A stretch of 64,000 nucleotides of DNA from a virus: IMG/VR virus record IMGVR_UViG_3300044632_000653. One strand, written 5' to 3'. The notes beneath the pieces were generated by a model, which saw nothing but the letters and a program-made list of their open reading frames with translations, was not told where the DNA came from and did not search any database. The position numbers were made by a program, and so were the translations under genes. This document shows, piece after piece, positions 1-10,087 of this stretch; positions within the stretch are counted from its first letter, which is position 1; each line of letters opens with the position of its first letter.

Positions 1-305
1 GGGAGGACGGCAATCTTCGTTTCGTCAGGTTCTTCAAGGTCATTCGACTTGTCGGGGACTGCGAGGTCGAGTTGGTCGAGTTGGAGACAACGAAGGTCTT
101 GGGGGAGTTCGGTCGCACGAACAGCGATGTCTTCTTCTCCATCTATGGATGGAAGGGCTCGGTCGCTCCATCCGACAGGGAGATGGAGGGGGTGGTGCCC
201 CGCATCTACACGGTCGGCTCGACGGGTATCGTTCGGATCAGTTCCGTGTGGACCGCTGTTCCTTGGGATGGTGGGGAGATCCACCACAACAGTCTCGACC
301 CCTAA
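1..305 (+). CDS. Hypothetical protein, 5'-truncated; paralog of the next gene
   Basis: Frame is open from nt 3 (EDGNLRFVRFFKVIRLVGDCEVELVEL...WDGGEIHHNSLDP) and aligns by eye to FYKVTRLIGTSKVELVGL...WSGKPQFYNHLD of 326..700. Confidence 0.7.
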   Translation, partial: EDGNLRFVRFFKVIRLVGDCEVELVELETTKVLGEFGRTNSDVFFSIYGWKGSVAPSDREMEGVVPRIYTVGSTGIVRISSVWTAVPWDGGEIHHNSLDP

Positions 306-325
306 ATACAAATAGGGAGAGATTC

Positions 326-700
326 ATGGGAACTTTCAACGAGAATTGGGACGGGGTCGTTCGCAAGCGTGTTGTCGAGGCGGCGGCTCCTCAGCCAACG
401 CACGGATACAAGGTCGGCGACATCCTCTGTGCCGTGGTCTCATACAACATGACTCAAGTCTCCTTCTACAAGGTCACCCGTCTCATCGGAACATCCAAGG
501 TCGAACTTGTGGGGTTGAGTCAGCGCATGACGGGCAATGGTTGGGCGGGAGAGACTGTTCCGACAGACACTCCCAAGTCCTCTCCGAAGATCTTCTCGGT
601 AAAGCGGTCGGGTTCCATGGACCCAGGCGTAAAGGTCTCCACTAGTGGTGTTGCCTACAGGTGGAGCGGCAAGCCGCAGTTCTACAACCATCTCGACTGA
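326..700 (+). CDS. Hypothetical phage protein (late)
   Basis: TAAATA at 303-308, GGAG RBS, ATG at 326. Confidence 0.75.
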   Translation: MGTFNENWDGVVRKRVVEAAAPQPTHGYKVGDILCAVVSYNMTQVSFYKVTRLIGTSKVELVGLSQRMTGNGWAGETVPTDTPKSSPKIFSVKRSGSMDPGVKVSTSGVAYRWSGKPQFYNHLD

Positions 701-733
701 GGTCGGGACTGAGGTCGTGTAGGAGTCGCTCCC

Positions 734-1561
734 ATGATGTCATTCAAGTCATACATCTCTCATATCCAAGAGGGTGCCCCGCTAGAGAAGTCGGGGTTCA
801 CCCGCCTCAAGGGTCAACCCAAGAAGGCTGCTCGCAAACTCGCCTATGCCCTCAAGAAGGGCGACTACACCAAGGCAAACGAACGGTACACACGGAAGTC
901 CGTGAGCCAAATGCGTAGGGTCGGGGACCAACTCGACCGTGCGACGAGGGACTTCAAGTCCCGCATGGGTCTCGCCGACGAGTCGGTGAAGGAATCCGTC
1001 AGCGAGGCTGCGAGGGGATTGGTCGGGTCGAAGAACAAGTGGTCGAGGATCGACTTGACGCAGACCAAGGGCAACACCGATGTCCAATCGGACATCTATG
1101 ACATGATCAAGCAGACCTATGCAGGTCTCGGCGGTCACCCCGACTTCCCTTCCCGTGACAGGGTCCCCCACGACAACGACGGGGTGGACATCATCGACAC
1201 GGACGGTCCCGATGACATCGATGCGACGATCCTGAGCAAGAAGACGATGTTCGGTCGCAAGATGACCACGATAGCGACAGACGGTCAGCAGGATTCCAAG
1301 AGGGCGATGCTCTCCAAGTCCGTCGAACTCCTACAGCAGAGGGGCAACTACATGGAAGCCTCGGGCAAGGTCCTTGAGATCCTGATCTCCAAGGGAGCCA
1401 AGCCTGTCACGGATCAGAAGACCGTGGAGAAGGTCCTCACGGGCAAGACGATCCATTGGCACGGCGACCACCCCGAGGGTCTCAAGGGTGAGGGTTGGTA
1501 TTCTCGCACCATCGGTGGTAAGATGCACACCAAGATGATGCTCGGAAACCCCATTCCGTAA
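734..1561 (+). CDS. Putative internal head protein; two modules with a capsid-targeting-like leader
   Basis: N-terminus MSFKSYISHIQE; acidic linker ESVKESVSEAA; AGGAG RBS. Confidence 0.7.
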   Translation: MMSFKSYISHIQEGAPLEKSGFTRLKGQPKKAARKLAYALKKGDYTKANERYTRKSVSQMRRVGDQLDRATRDFKSRMGLADESVKESVSEAARGLVGSKNKWSRIDLTQTKGNTDVQSDIYDMIKQTYAGLGGHPDFPSRDRVPHDNDGVDIIDTDGPDDIDATILSKKTMFGRKMTTIATDGQQDSKRAMLSKSVELLQQRGNYMEASGKVLEILISKGAKPVTDQKTVEKVLTGKTIHWHGDHPEGLKGEGWYSRTIGGKMHTKMMLGNPIP

Positions 1562-1568
1562 ATACCTT

Positions 1569-2135
1569 ATGAAGACCTATTGGCAACTCATCCTTGAAGT
1601 GACCGCCGCCGTCAAGTCGAGGGTGGCGAAAGCGATTCCCTCCCTTGTCGTACCAAGGGAACCATATCCATGGTCAACCCCGCACAGCGGGTGGTGGCAT
1701 CCGACGAAGCCTCCCGTGAACTTTTCATGGGGAAGCGGGAACTACCACATCACGCAGGTGGTGAAGAACCCCTCGGCATTCGGCACTACCAAGGAAGAGA
1801 TCTACAAGATCCTCATGCCTGAGTACGGAAACGACGAGGAGATGGTCGCCGAGGTCTACAACAACCTCATGCTCGGGCTGCGAGACACCAATCGTCACAT
1901 CGAACGCCATGTCTTCAAGAAGGGGTGGGTGCGGGTGAAGGTCTTGGGGAACTTCAATCGAATCAGCGTCATGGTCGAGGGCATCTCGCCCTACACCAAC
2001 AGAGCCGCCGAGATCGTCGCCATCCATGCGTTCGCCACCGAGAACAAGGGTGGCAGGATGTCCCTGACCATCGCAGACACGGTGAAAACCTACGGCACAG
2101 CCGAAGACATTGAGCGTTACGGCAAGGGTCGATGA
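1569..2135 (+). CDS. Putative internal head protein
   Basis: MKTYWQLILE leader; TAAATA at 1559-1564. Confidence 0.7.
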   Translation: MKTYWQLILEVTAAVKSRVAKAIPSLVVPREPYPWSTPHSGWWHPTKPPVNFSWGSGNYHITQVVKNPSAFGTTKEEIYKILMPEYGNDEEMVAEVYNNLMLGLRDTNRHIERHVFKKGWVRVKVLGNFNRISVMVEGISPYTNRAAEIVAIHAFATENKGGRMSLTIADTVKTYGTAEDIERYGKGR

Positions 2136-2165
2136 GATAAATAAGGGAATACCAAAGGGGAGAAG

Positions 2166-3587
2166 ATGCAGAACTTCAGCGACAACGGCAAGAAGGACTT
2201 CGTTTGGGGCGGATGGCGCAAGCCGTATCAGTACATCCTTGACGAGGCGAAGACCCCCGAGGTAGCCCCCGAGGTCAGCGATGTCCAAGAGTCGTTGGGT
2301 ACTGACATCAGCCTTTATGGGTGTGGACGGAAGCACTACAAGGAGATCCGTTCCATCCTCAAAGATGCGAACAAGTATCAGGGTCCTAGCGGATTGGATC
2401 CTCTCATCCACGATGCGATGATAAACCTAGAGCATCTTGCAGTTGCTCTTGCGGAACCGCATTCCACTCCAAGTGTTGTGAAGGCTGTTGAGGATTACCG
2501 CAACAAGGTCTTCATGTCGATTCGTCAGTTCATCAGGGGCGTTCAGGCGAACACACGCCCCTCGTACTTTAGTGGACAGAGGCAGTTTCCCTTGGCTATG
2601 AAGATCGATAAGTTGCTGCTCAAGATACAGAATTGCAGCCAATCTTTCACGACGAAAAAGAAGGCTAGGCAGTCACCGACATTGTCGGCAAACCCTTTCA
2701 AAGATCTGTCGGTCAGCGAGTCGGTGAGTGCGACTAAGGAATACCGACAGAAGAAGATCCAAGCGAACCGAAGGCTGATCGTCAAGTTGGGAACCGCCGC
2801 ACAGAAGGTCGAGGACACCGCTGCGAGGCGTGAGATCACGCAGACCCTCTCGTCAGCCGATGCCTACAACAGGCGGCTCGGAACCCCCGAGTTCTTGAAG
2901 TACGGTCCCGCATATTGGGTGAACTTTGAGGGCATCTATGTCGGCAGGGAACTTGAGCGGGTCAGGTCCCTGCTCGTCCACCACGGCATCGTGATCCCAA
3001 CTTCCGAGTCGGTCGAGGAATCGGATGTGCTGACTGAAGAGAAGGAATACATCTTGTGGGCGATCCCAAAGGGTGAAACGGATGCTTTGTATGCAAAGCC
3101 TGTCTATACCCAAGGAAGGTCGATGGATGACATCAAGAAGATGATGGAATTCTTCAAGAAACAAGGATGGCACTCGTTCAAGGTGCAGACGATTGACCTT
3201 TCCGAGCCGATGGATGCTGCCAAGGCATTCCGTAAGGCAATCAATCCCCCATCGAAGTGGCGGAAGCCGTCAAGCGTGAAGCGGGAGTCGGTCGAGGAAG
3301 GCGATGCGATGACCGAGGCGAAGCGACAGCCCGAGGAGAACTACTTCAAGTCCTACACGGCAGCGGTCAACGCCGCCCGAGCGAAGGCAGAGAAGAAGGG
3401 CTACGAGATTGACGAGGACGATTGGAGCAGCAAGGTCACGCACGGATACCCTGGTCGCCCGTCCGAGGGGAAGACCACCAACTTCAAGATCAGGCTCCTC
3501 AAGGGCGGCAAGCCCGTCAAGAACATGCTCGTCGTGTCGGTCTACGGGATGAGCGCATCCTTTGAACTGACGAGTTACATCAGTTGA
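2166..3587 (+). CDS. Multi-module late protein (putative E-cleaved polyprotein)
   Basis: TAAATA at 2138; linkers SVSESV, ESVEESDVLTEE, ESVEEGDAMTEA. Confidence 0.7.
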   Translation: MQNFSDNGKKDFVWGGWRKPYQYILDEAKTPEVAPEVSDVQESLGTDISLYGCGRKHYKEIRSILKDANKYQGPSGLDPLIHDAMINLEHLAVALAEPHSTPSVVKAVEDYRNKVFMSIRQFIRGVQANTRPSYFSGQRQFPLAMKIDKLLLKIQNCSQSFTTKKKARQSPTLSANPFKDLSVSESVSATKEYRQKKIQANRRLIVKLGTAAQKVEDTAARREITQTLSSADAYNRRLGTPEFLKYGPAYWVNFEGIYVGRELERVRSLLVHHGIVIPTSESVEESDVLTEEKEYILWAIPKGETDALYAKPVYTQGRSMDDIKKMMEFFKKQGWHSFKVQTIDLSEPMDAAKAFRKAINPPSKWRKPSSVKRESVEEGDAMTEAKRQPEENYFKSYTAAVNAARAKAEKKGYEIDEDDWSSKVTHGYPGRPSEGKTTNFKIRLLKGGKPVKNMLVVSVYGMSASFELTSYIS

Positions 3588-3615
3588 CCACGGCATAGGT
3601 TCCGTGTGTTCCCCG

Positions 3616-3657
3616 AACGAAAACCCCCTGCCTCACGGCGGGGGGTCGTTCGTTTTT
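3616..3657. terminator. Intrinsic terminator between convergent genes
   Basis: CCCCCTGCC-TCAC-GGCGGGGG hairpin with T/A tails; similar hairpin at 27560. Confidence 0.7.
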
Positions 3658-3667
3658 GGAGATGGGG

Positions 3668-4075
3668 TCAGCCGCCGACAGCGACCATGCGGGAGGAGTC
3701 GAGCCACCAACCATAATAAGTGTTGCGCCCCACCACGATGGTCATCTCACGGTCGCCTCTGTGGCGGCAGCGTTGGCAGCGGACTCCACGCATCGTGTAG
3801 GTCATGCGGCGAACTTCTCCCTTGTACACGATCTGATCGTGGACGGTGAGGTCGAGGAGGTTGCCCTGCTTGCCCTTGCGGATGCCCTCGACCACGGCGA
3901 CGATGCGGCGGCGACCGACCTCATTGGTGCGGGGGCAACACAGACCCGTGGCGGCTTCGCAGACATACGCCTTGCCGACCACGAAGGTGGCAGAGGTCCT
4001 GTCCGTTTCGGAGACAGGAAGGGCGAGGAGATCGGCGGTCGAGAGGATCAAGTTGGTCTCGGTGGTCTCGGTCAT
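3668..4075 (-). CDS. Hypothetical early protein
   Basis: ORF with AAAGGAAAG RBS, starts MTETTET. Confidence 0.65.
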   Translation of the reverse strand: MTETTETNLILSTADLLALPVSETDRTSATFVVGKAYVCEAATGLCCPRTNEVGRRRIVAVVEGIRKGKQGNLLDLTVHDQIVYKGEVRRMTYTMRGVRCQRCRHRGDREMTIVVGRNTYYGWWLDSSRMVAVGG

Positions 4076-4097
4076 TCGTCGCTTTCCTTTCGTTCGG

Positions 4098-4561
4098 TGT
4101 TCGGGTCTCGGGCTAGAGGCTCTTGACCTTGGCGTTGGCGAGGAGGTAGCGGTCGCTGCCCCAAGCCGTGTGCCACGACCACTCGACATACTCGGGTCGG
4201 TGGTGGCGGTAGGTCACGCAGCCCTCCTCCGTGTCCTTCACGGGGATGCCACGGATGATCTCCGTCTCGTCGGGACGGAACCGCTCGACCTTCGGGTTGT
4301 GGGGCTTGTGGGAGGTCACGGCGATCACGGCGATGGTGACGGACTTCCCCTTCTCCTTGCGGTCGATCACGGTGACGAGGGTGCGGAACTCGCCCTTTCC
4401 GTCCATCCGCTGACGCTTGTAGAGGTAGGTCTCGCCAACCTCAAACCGAGGCTTCACTCCCTTGCGGTCGTAGACTCGGGTTTTGGCTTTGTGGGGGTCG
4501 AGGGTCTTCACCGTCCTAGGCATTCGGAGGCTCCCTTCATGTTCGGGTCTCGGGCTAGAGG
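4098..4561 (-). repeat. 22-bp direct repeat in two 5' UTRs (4098-4119, 4540-4561)
   Basis: TGTTCGGGTCTCGGGCTAGAGG identical in both copies. Confidence 0.9.
4113..4523 (-). CDS. Hypothetical early protein
   Basis: ORF with GGGAG RBS downstream of a sigma70-type promoter. Confidence 0.65.
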   Translation of the reverse strand: MPRTVKTLDPHKAKTRVYDRKGVKPRFEVGETYLYKRQRMDGKGEFRTLVTVIDRKEKGKSVTIAVIAVTSHKPHNPKVERFRPDETEIIRGIPVKDTEEGCVTYRHHRPEYVEWSWHTAWGSDRYLLANAKVKSL

Positions 4562-4571
4562 GTCCTTCCCT

Positions 4572-4609
4572 CTCACCCAAAGAATACGATAAGAAACGAT
4601 TCGTGTCAA
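4572..4609 (-). promoter_or_regulatory. Early sigma70-type promoter, copy 1
   Basis: TTGACA-17 nt-TATTCT on the minus strand. Confidence 0.8.
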
Positions 4610-4619
4610 GGATCAGGGA

Positions 4620-4979
4620 TCAGAATCCCTCGGGGTACATCCCGTCGAGGTAGTCGTAGACCTCGACGGCGACCCCTGCGGCATCCTCCATCCAAGCAAC
4701 GAACTCCTGCACCTCCTTGACGGTGCGGTCGCCGATGAAGCCCGTGGGGTTGATCGACACCGACCAACCCTTGCGGACCTTGGAGTGGGTCGCCGTGACG
4801 ATGGCGGACCAATACGAGTCCCGCAGGTTGATCACCACCTCGCCGTCATCCACGGTGACGGTCGAGAGATCGAACCGACCGTAGCGGTTGGTCTCAAGCA
4901 GGTCGGTGAACTGCTGCTTGACATGATTCTTGTTGGCGGTGGACTTGGTGGACTTGGTGGACTTGGCGGACTTGCTCAT
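4620..4979 (-). CDS. Hypothetical early protein with KST repeats
   Basis: GAGGAG RBS; MSKSAKSTKSTKST. Confidence 0.7.
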   Translation of the reverse strand: MSKSAKSTKSTKSTANKNHVKQQFTDLLETNRYGRFDLSTVTVDDGEVVINLRDSYWSAIVTATHSKVRKGWSVSINPTGFIGDRTVKEVQEFVAWMEDAAGVAVEVYDYLDGMYPEGF

Positions 4980-4988
4980 GGTTGTCTC

Positions 4989-5026
4989 CTCACCCAAAGA
5001 ATACGATAAGAAACGATTCCTGTCAA
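4989..5026 (-). promoter_or_regulatory. Early sigma70-type promoter, copy 2
   Basis: Near-identical to 4572-4609. Confidence 0.8.
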
Positions 5027-5027
5027 C

Positions 5028-5372
5028 TCACCTAGAGGGGTTTCCCGCAGGATCGTATTCCTTGAAGCCAAGGGCGACGAGGTCACCCCATAGGTCTCGG
5101 GCGGCGATCCGAATCAGGTGCCTCCCGATAGCCGACCTGAAGGTGATGCTCTCCTCGGTCTGCGCCCACTCGGGGAGTACGAGATCGCCCGATGGCTTCC
5201 ATATCCATACGAACTCGTCCATCTTCGGTGACCAATAGAAGACTTGGACATGGTCCTCGGGTCGGCTCATTCGGACATGGAACTCAAATCTCTGACCCAT
5301 GTTCGGGAGGAAGAGCCTGTGACGGACATGGTCTCGGTCGAAGGGGCTCAAGTATTCTCCACGGTGTTCCAT
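5028..5372 (-). CDS. Hypothetical protein
   Basis: ORF in the minus-strand gene run; start uncertain. Confidence 0.5.
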   Translation of the reverse strand: MEHRGEYLSPFDRDHVRHRLFLPNMGQRFEFHVRMSRPEDHVQVFYWSPKMDEFVWIWKPSGDLVLPEWAQTEESITFRSAIGRHLIRIAARDLWGDLVALGFKEYDPAGNPSR

Positions 5373-5800
5373 TCGGGGGGGTCTCCTGCGGAGGGAGTGA
5401 ACGAGGGGGGATGGGCTTGGCGGGTGAGCGAGGTGTAGGGCGGTTCTTGGGCTCGGTAGGAAGGGCTGTTCGGGGGGACGGTCCATCCGTGGGAGGCGAG
5501 GCGTTCCCATACGGATCGGGCGTACTCCACGGACACGGTCATCGGTCTGTCGCTGCCGAGCCGAAGGTCGTGGACCACCGAGGGTCCGACGAGGACGCTC
5601 TGCACCTCAAGCGTGTCGGGAGGATGGCTGTAGGTGGAGGTCTTCGTCCTCCAATACATGATCGTCACCTGACGCTTCACGGCTGCGTCGGTGGCATCGA
5701 ACATCATCACCTTGTAGTGGGAGGTTCCCGAAGGACCATGGATGTGGGATGCCCCCAAGGGACCGATGTTGTACTCCCAAAGGTAGTGGACTTGCGACAT
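5348..5800 (-). CDS. Hypothetical protein
   Basis: TTGACG-17 nt-TATCTT promoter 7 nt before the ATG. Confidence 0.6.
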   Translation of the reverse strand: MSQVHYLWEYNIGPLGASHIHGPSGTSHYKVMMFDATDAAVKRQVTIMYWRTKTSTYSHPPDTLEVQSVLVGPSVVHDLRLGSDRPMTVSVEYARSVWERLASHGWTVPPNSPSYRAQEPPYTSLTRQAHPPSFTPSAGDPPEWNTVENT

Positions 5801-5832
5801 GTCTGAAAAGATAGCATACGACGGAGCCGCCG

Positions 5833-6600
5833 TCAAGAGAAAAGACCTCCCCCGTCCCAACCGTGGTAGGAGACCCACTCGGATCTGTCCACCGTCCCTC
5901 CCCGCCTCATGTTGGGCACCCGAACATCCTTGACCTTCTCCCATTCCCACCCCGTGAAGACCTCTCGGCAGTTCGTCCCGTAGGTCACCATGCAGGGGAC
6001 ATCCCCTCGTCGCTCCACCAACCCCACGGTGTCGGAAGCCCTGTAGCCGTCCTCCATCCCGTCACCATAGTTGCCCACGGTCCCCAAGTACGGAGGGTCG
6101 ATGAAGAGCCCGTCGCCCGTCTCGTACAGATGGTCCTCGCCCCGACCATGCACGACCACGACATCCCGAAGCCGACCGAGGCATCGGATCGTCTCGTCCA
6201 CGGGAAGCCTGTGCTGTGGGTAGACCTTCCATGAAGACAACTGCCCCACGACCACCGAGCAGACATTCACCCGAACATATGCCCTAGCCCCCACAGACAA
6301 TCCCATGTCTCGTACATCGGGCTTCGATTCCAACTTCTTCCGATCCTCGACCAACCGATTCAAGTCACGGAGTTCCTTCTCACCCACCCCTTGGAGCCAA
6401 CGCCACAGTTCCACCAACTCAGGGTTCAGTTCGTAGCCCAAGAGGGGAAGACCCGAGTTCAGCCCGTAGGCTCCCGAGCCGAGATAAGGCTCTACGATGC
6501 GGGTCACCCCATGAGAAAGGGGACGGTACAGACCGAGGAGTTTTGACTTGTTGCCCGAGTAGCGGAAGAGACGGAGAGGGGAGGATGCCATGCACTCCAT
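5833..6600 (-). CDS. DNA adenine methyltransferase (Dam/D12 class)
   Basis: FRYSGNK, EPYLGSGA and IDPPY motifs in alpha-class order. Confidence 0.85.
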   Translation of the reverse strand: MECMASSPLRLFRYSGNKSKLLGLYRPLSHGVTRIVEPYLGSGAYGLNSGLPLLGYELNPELVELWRWLQGVGEKELRDLNRLVEDRKKLESKPDVRDMGLSVGARAYVRVNVCSVVVGQLSSWKVYPQHRLPVDETIRCLGRLRDVVVVHGRGEDHLYETGDGLFIDPPYLGTVGNYGDGMEDGYRASDTVGLVERRGDVPCMVTYGTNCREVFTGWEWEKVKDVRVPNMRRGGTVDRSEWVSYHGWDGGGLFS

Positions 6601-6944
6601 ATCGACCCCGAACAGAGGAAATTGGAGTTTGAAACCCACAGAAACCTCGTTTCCCCGCAAATAGAGGGGTGGGGACACCGTGGGGAGAGCGTGGATGAAG
6701 AAAGATAAGGAAAGAAACGAGAGGGAAGAGGGGGGAAGGACGGGGAAGGATCGGGAACCCCCGCAGTTCGCTAGGAACGATGGCGTGTTAGCCGTCGAGG
6801 CAAAAGCCGAAAAAATTGAGGGGTCTCGCCCTACCACATTCCACGCCCGTGTCAAGAAAAATCCACCAAGATTTTCAAAAAAGTTTCCATGAAAAAACCC
6901 CGAGATTTTCTCTCGGGGCTCTTGACTTTTCTCAAGTCATACTT

Positions 6945-7289
6945 TCAGAACTTCGGCTTGACTTCCCCCTCGTTGATCAGCCGCATGATCTCCTCGGTCG
7001 CCAACTTGTCGAAGTTCGACACCTCGTCGGGAGCCGTGGTCTCGGTGTCGTAGATGTGGCTGATCGTTTGGGTCGGTGGATCTATGAGAGCGACCGCTCC
7101 CGTGTATGAGAGCGAGAGTACAGGATCCTTCTTCCACGCTCCCGATGTCAGTTCGATGAACCGCTTGGCATCCACCCTGTGGTACTGACGGGTGTGAGCG
7201 TCCTGTGCGATGTGGATGGGATTCCCTATCGCCATGCCTATGGGTATGCCTATCTCTTGCAGGGATGTGTAGACCACTACCTGTGCCAT
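6945..7289 (-). CDS. Hypothetical protein
   Basis: AGGAG RBS; followed by a hairpin and T-run at ~6892-6918. Confidence 0.65.
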   Translation of the reverse strand: MAQVVVYTSLQEIGIPIGMAIGNPIHIAQDAHTRQYHRVDAKRFIELTSGAWKKDPVLSLSYTGAVALIDPPTQTISHIYDTETTAPDEVSNFDKLATEEIMRLINEGEVKPKF

Positions 7290-7393
7290 GCGATGCTCCT
7301 GTCTGTTGGGGGTGCGTGTTGGGGGTATGAGAAGACCCACTCCCTCATCGTCCGAAGGGAGTGGGTCTCTTGGTGTCTCGTCTCGGCTCCTCG

Positions 7394-9943
7394 TCACTTG
7401 GCGAGGAGTTCGGCGACTCGGGTCATCAGCGGACGGTTGCCCTTGGTCGCAGCGAGTTGCTTGGCGAACTGATTGCGGAGGCTGCGGAGACCTGCGCCCG
7501 TGGTCGGGTCGGCGGTGAGGTTCACCGTCTCGCTCTTGCGGGTGGCGGGGAGCATGATGTACTCGTCGTAGCCCCGAGCGTCGTTGCCCTTGAGGTTCCA
7601 CCAACCCTTCTCGTTCCATGCCGCCGTCACTTCCTTGGCGAGTTGCTTGCGGCGGTCCATGTACGCCGAGTATCCCTTGCCCGAGAGGGCGTTGAGTTCG
7701 GCGTTGTTCTGAAGGATGCGCTGCACGGCGTTGCCGCCGTCGATCAGGTGGATGCAGACCACCTTGCCGCCGACTCGGTCTCGGAAGAGTTGAGCCATGA
7801 CTCCCGTCTGCGTCTCGGTGTTCAGCGGGGTCTCCAAGACCTTCGTGCGGTCGTAGTACTGCTGCTCACGCTTCGTCATCGTGTATTCCTTGCCCGACTT
7901 CTTGTCACGCATGACGATCCTCGGAGCCTCGGTGTAGTTCTTGTCGGCGTATGCCTTCGTCGCCGTCACCGTCAGGCAGAGGTTGTCGGTCGATTCGCCG
8001 TCCGTCAGGACGATCATGTTGACCAACTGCACCCGCTTGGTCGCCTTGAACTCCTGCGCCACCTGCGAGAGACCGAGGAGGGCGGTGTTGTTCGGAGTGT
8101 GACCGATCAGGTTCGCCCACGGGATCGTGTGCTGAAGGTTGCCGAGGGCGTAGCAGAGACCGTTCTTGTCACCGACAGCAGCCGTGGCGGCGTTGCCGCC
8201 ACCGTTGCCCATCTTGTACGAGACGGCGAGGAGGAGACCTGCCGTCGTGTTGAACTCGGTGAGGCTCATGCCGTCCTCAAGGAGGGTGAGGAGGCGAACC
8301 CGCTCACCCTTGGTCTCGGTGTTCTTGTAGGTCTCGCCGAGATCGTCAAGGCTTGCGACATCGGTGAACCCGTAGAAGCGGTAGGGGATGTTGACTCGGC
8401 GGCAGAAGGCGGCGAGGGTCACCATCTGAACCACCGTGTCGTGGATGATGCCGCTCATCGATGCCGAGAGGTCGAGGAGGAGCATGAGACCGTGGTTCTT
8501 GCCGTCCTTGACATAGGCGTTGGAGGCGAAGATCTCATCCGAGATCTTGTAAGCCCACAGGCGGCTCGGGTCGATGCTGCCCGTCTCGGCGACCGCCGTG
8601 CGGCGGTGTTCGTCAGCAGCCTTGCGGCGGTCGAACTCGGTAGCGAGGACCTGCACCGCCGAGGTGTTCTCGGTTCGCCATGCCGCCATCATCTCGGCGG
8701 CGACCTCGGCGACCGTCTTGTTGGTCCGAGCCGTGCGGAGGTTGGCGACCTTCTTGAGGTCCTCGGCGACCCGCTTGCGGGGGACGATGAACCCCTTGCC
8801 GACCTCGGGGAGGTCTGCGTAGTGGGTGACCGTGGCGGCATCGTCGGTGCGACCGAGGAGGGCATCCTCGACCTCCCGCAGGGTACGAGCCATGGGAGCC
8901 TGACCCTCGTCGTTGTCGCTCTCGTCGTTGTCGCTCTCGTCGGTCTCGGTCTCGTCGCCGTCAGCGTCAGCGTCCCCGTCCTCTTCGGTCGAGGGCTTGT
9001 CAGCGTCAGCGTCGGTCTCTTCACCGTCAGCGTCGGTCTCTTCACCGTCAGCGTCAGCGTCGGTCTCTTCACCGTCAGCGTCAGCGTCGGTCTCGTCGGC
9101 TTCGGTCTCGTCGCCGTCAGCGTCGGTCTCGTCGGCTTCGGCATCGTCACCGTCAGCCTCGTCGGCTTCGGTCTCGTCGCCGTCCTCGTCGCCGTCAGCG
9201 TCGGTGTTGGCGGTCTTCTTTTCTTCCTTCTCCTCGTCGCCGTCAGCGTCGGTCGGAGTCGGGGTCCCGCCCTCTTCGCCTTCCTCGTCACCTTCCTGCG
9301 GCTCACCCCCGTCACCCTTCTCGGGCTCGGGGCGACTCTTGTTCTGAGCCTTAGCGAACTCGTAGATCTCTTTGGCGAGTTCGACCGCATCTTCCCATGT
9401 GAGGGTCGTTGCAGCCCGTTGGGCGAGGGCGAGTTCGTCGGCGGCGAAGGGGACCTCGACAAGCCAACCGATCTTGTACTGAATGTTGATTCGGTCGATG
9501 AGAGCGAGGTCGGCGAGGTTGCCGACCTTGGCGAGACCGAAGAGGTCGGTCTCCTTCATCCACCGATACCCCTTGGCGAAGTCGGTCTTCGTGCCAGGGA
9601 ACCGAGCCTTCATCAGGCGTTCGATTCGGACATCCTCGGTGACATTGAGGTAGTCCTTGGCGACCATCGGGTTCCTCGGGTCGATCCGCTTGCAAGCCTC
9701 AATCAGCGCATCCTTCCCGTTGGGAGTGTGGAGGGCGTGAGAGACTTCGTGAGCGATCAGCATGTCGCCCGTAGCCTCAGGCATGTCCTTCCACACGGGC
9801 ATGGTGAGGGTGCGGGTCTCGACATTGAAGGATGCCGTCTTCGCCCGAGGGTCGTGTTCGACCTTGATGTTTTCGGTCGCCATCAGCCGTGCGAGGCGGT
9901 CCTTGGCGGCGGCGAGGGCGGTGGTGGTCGTGAGGGTGGTCAT
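7394..9943 (-). CDS. CobT-like protein: HExxH metallopeptidase domain, acidic linker, VWA domain
   Basis: AHEVSH; MIDAS LLDLSASM and VLTDGES; divergent from a MoxR AAA gene. Confidence 0.85.
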   Translation of the reverse strand: MTTLTTTTALAAAKDRLARLMATENIKVEHDPRAKTASFNVETRTLTMPVWKDMPEATGDMLIAHEVSHALHTPNGKDALIEACKRIDPRNPMVAKDYLNVTEDVRIERLMKARFPGTKTDFAKGYRWMKETDLFGLAKVGNLADLALIDRINIQYKIGWLVEVPFAADELALAQRAATTLTWEDAVELAKEIYEFAKAQNKSRPEPEKGDGGEPQEGDEEGEEGGTPTPTDADGDEEKEEKKTANTDADGDEDGDETEADEADGDDAEADETDADGDETEADETDADADGEETDADADGEETDADGEETDADADKPSTEEDGDADADGDETETDESDNDESDNDEGQAPMARTLREVEDALLGRTDDAATVTHYADLPEVGKGFIVPRKRVAEDLKKVANLRTARTNKTVAEVAAEMMAAWRTENTSAVQVLATEFDRRKAADEHRRTAVAETGSIDPSRLWAYKISDEIFASNAYVKDGKNHGLMLLLDLSASMSGIIHDTVVQMVTLAAFCRRVNIPYRFYGFTDVASLDDLGETYKNTETKGERVRLLTLLEDGMSLTEFNTTAGLLLAVSYKMGNGGGNAATAAVGDKNGLCYALGNLQHTIPWANLIGHTPNNTALLGLSQVAQEFKATKRVQLVNMIVLTDGESTDNLCLTVTATKAYADKNYTEAPRIVMRDKKSGKEYTMTKREQQYYDRTKVLETPLNTETQTGVMAQLFRDRVGGKVVCIHLIDGGNAVQRILQNNAELNALSGKGYSAYMDRRKQLAKEVTAAWNEKGWWNLKGNDARGYDEYIMLPATRKSETVNLTADPTTGAGLRSLRNQFAKQLAATKGNRPLMTRVAELLAK
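8905..9255 (-). repeat. Degenerate tandem repeats encoding a (DADGEET)n acidic linker
   Basis: Repeated TCACCGTCAGCGTCGGTCTCT-like units. Confidence 0.9.
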
Positions 9944-9959
9944 GGTTTGGGTTCTCTCT

Positions 9960-9995
9960 TCACCTAGAGAATACCAAACCCCCTATGGTTTGCAA
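9960..9995 (-). promoter_or_regulatory. Early promoter of the VWA gene
   Basis: TTGCAA...TAGGGGGTTTGG-TATTCT. Confidence 0.65.
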
Positions 9996-10087
9996 CCTTT
10001 TACGGTGCATGGGCTTGGATTTTCCTATCTTTTCCCGAGGTTTTCGTCCACGGTCGGATTCCGTTAGGTACTCGGCGCATAGCGAGG

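Noticed and set aside
8905-9255. Repeat array as a CRISPR
   Set aside because: No unique spacers; in-frame coding low-complexity repeat
7361-9967. 868-aa plus-strand ORF, and other long antisense ORFs such as 10606..11868, 15172..16572 and 59313..60356
   Set aside because: Shadow frames of motif-bearing genes; high GC and codon bias suppress stops on the opposite strand
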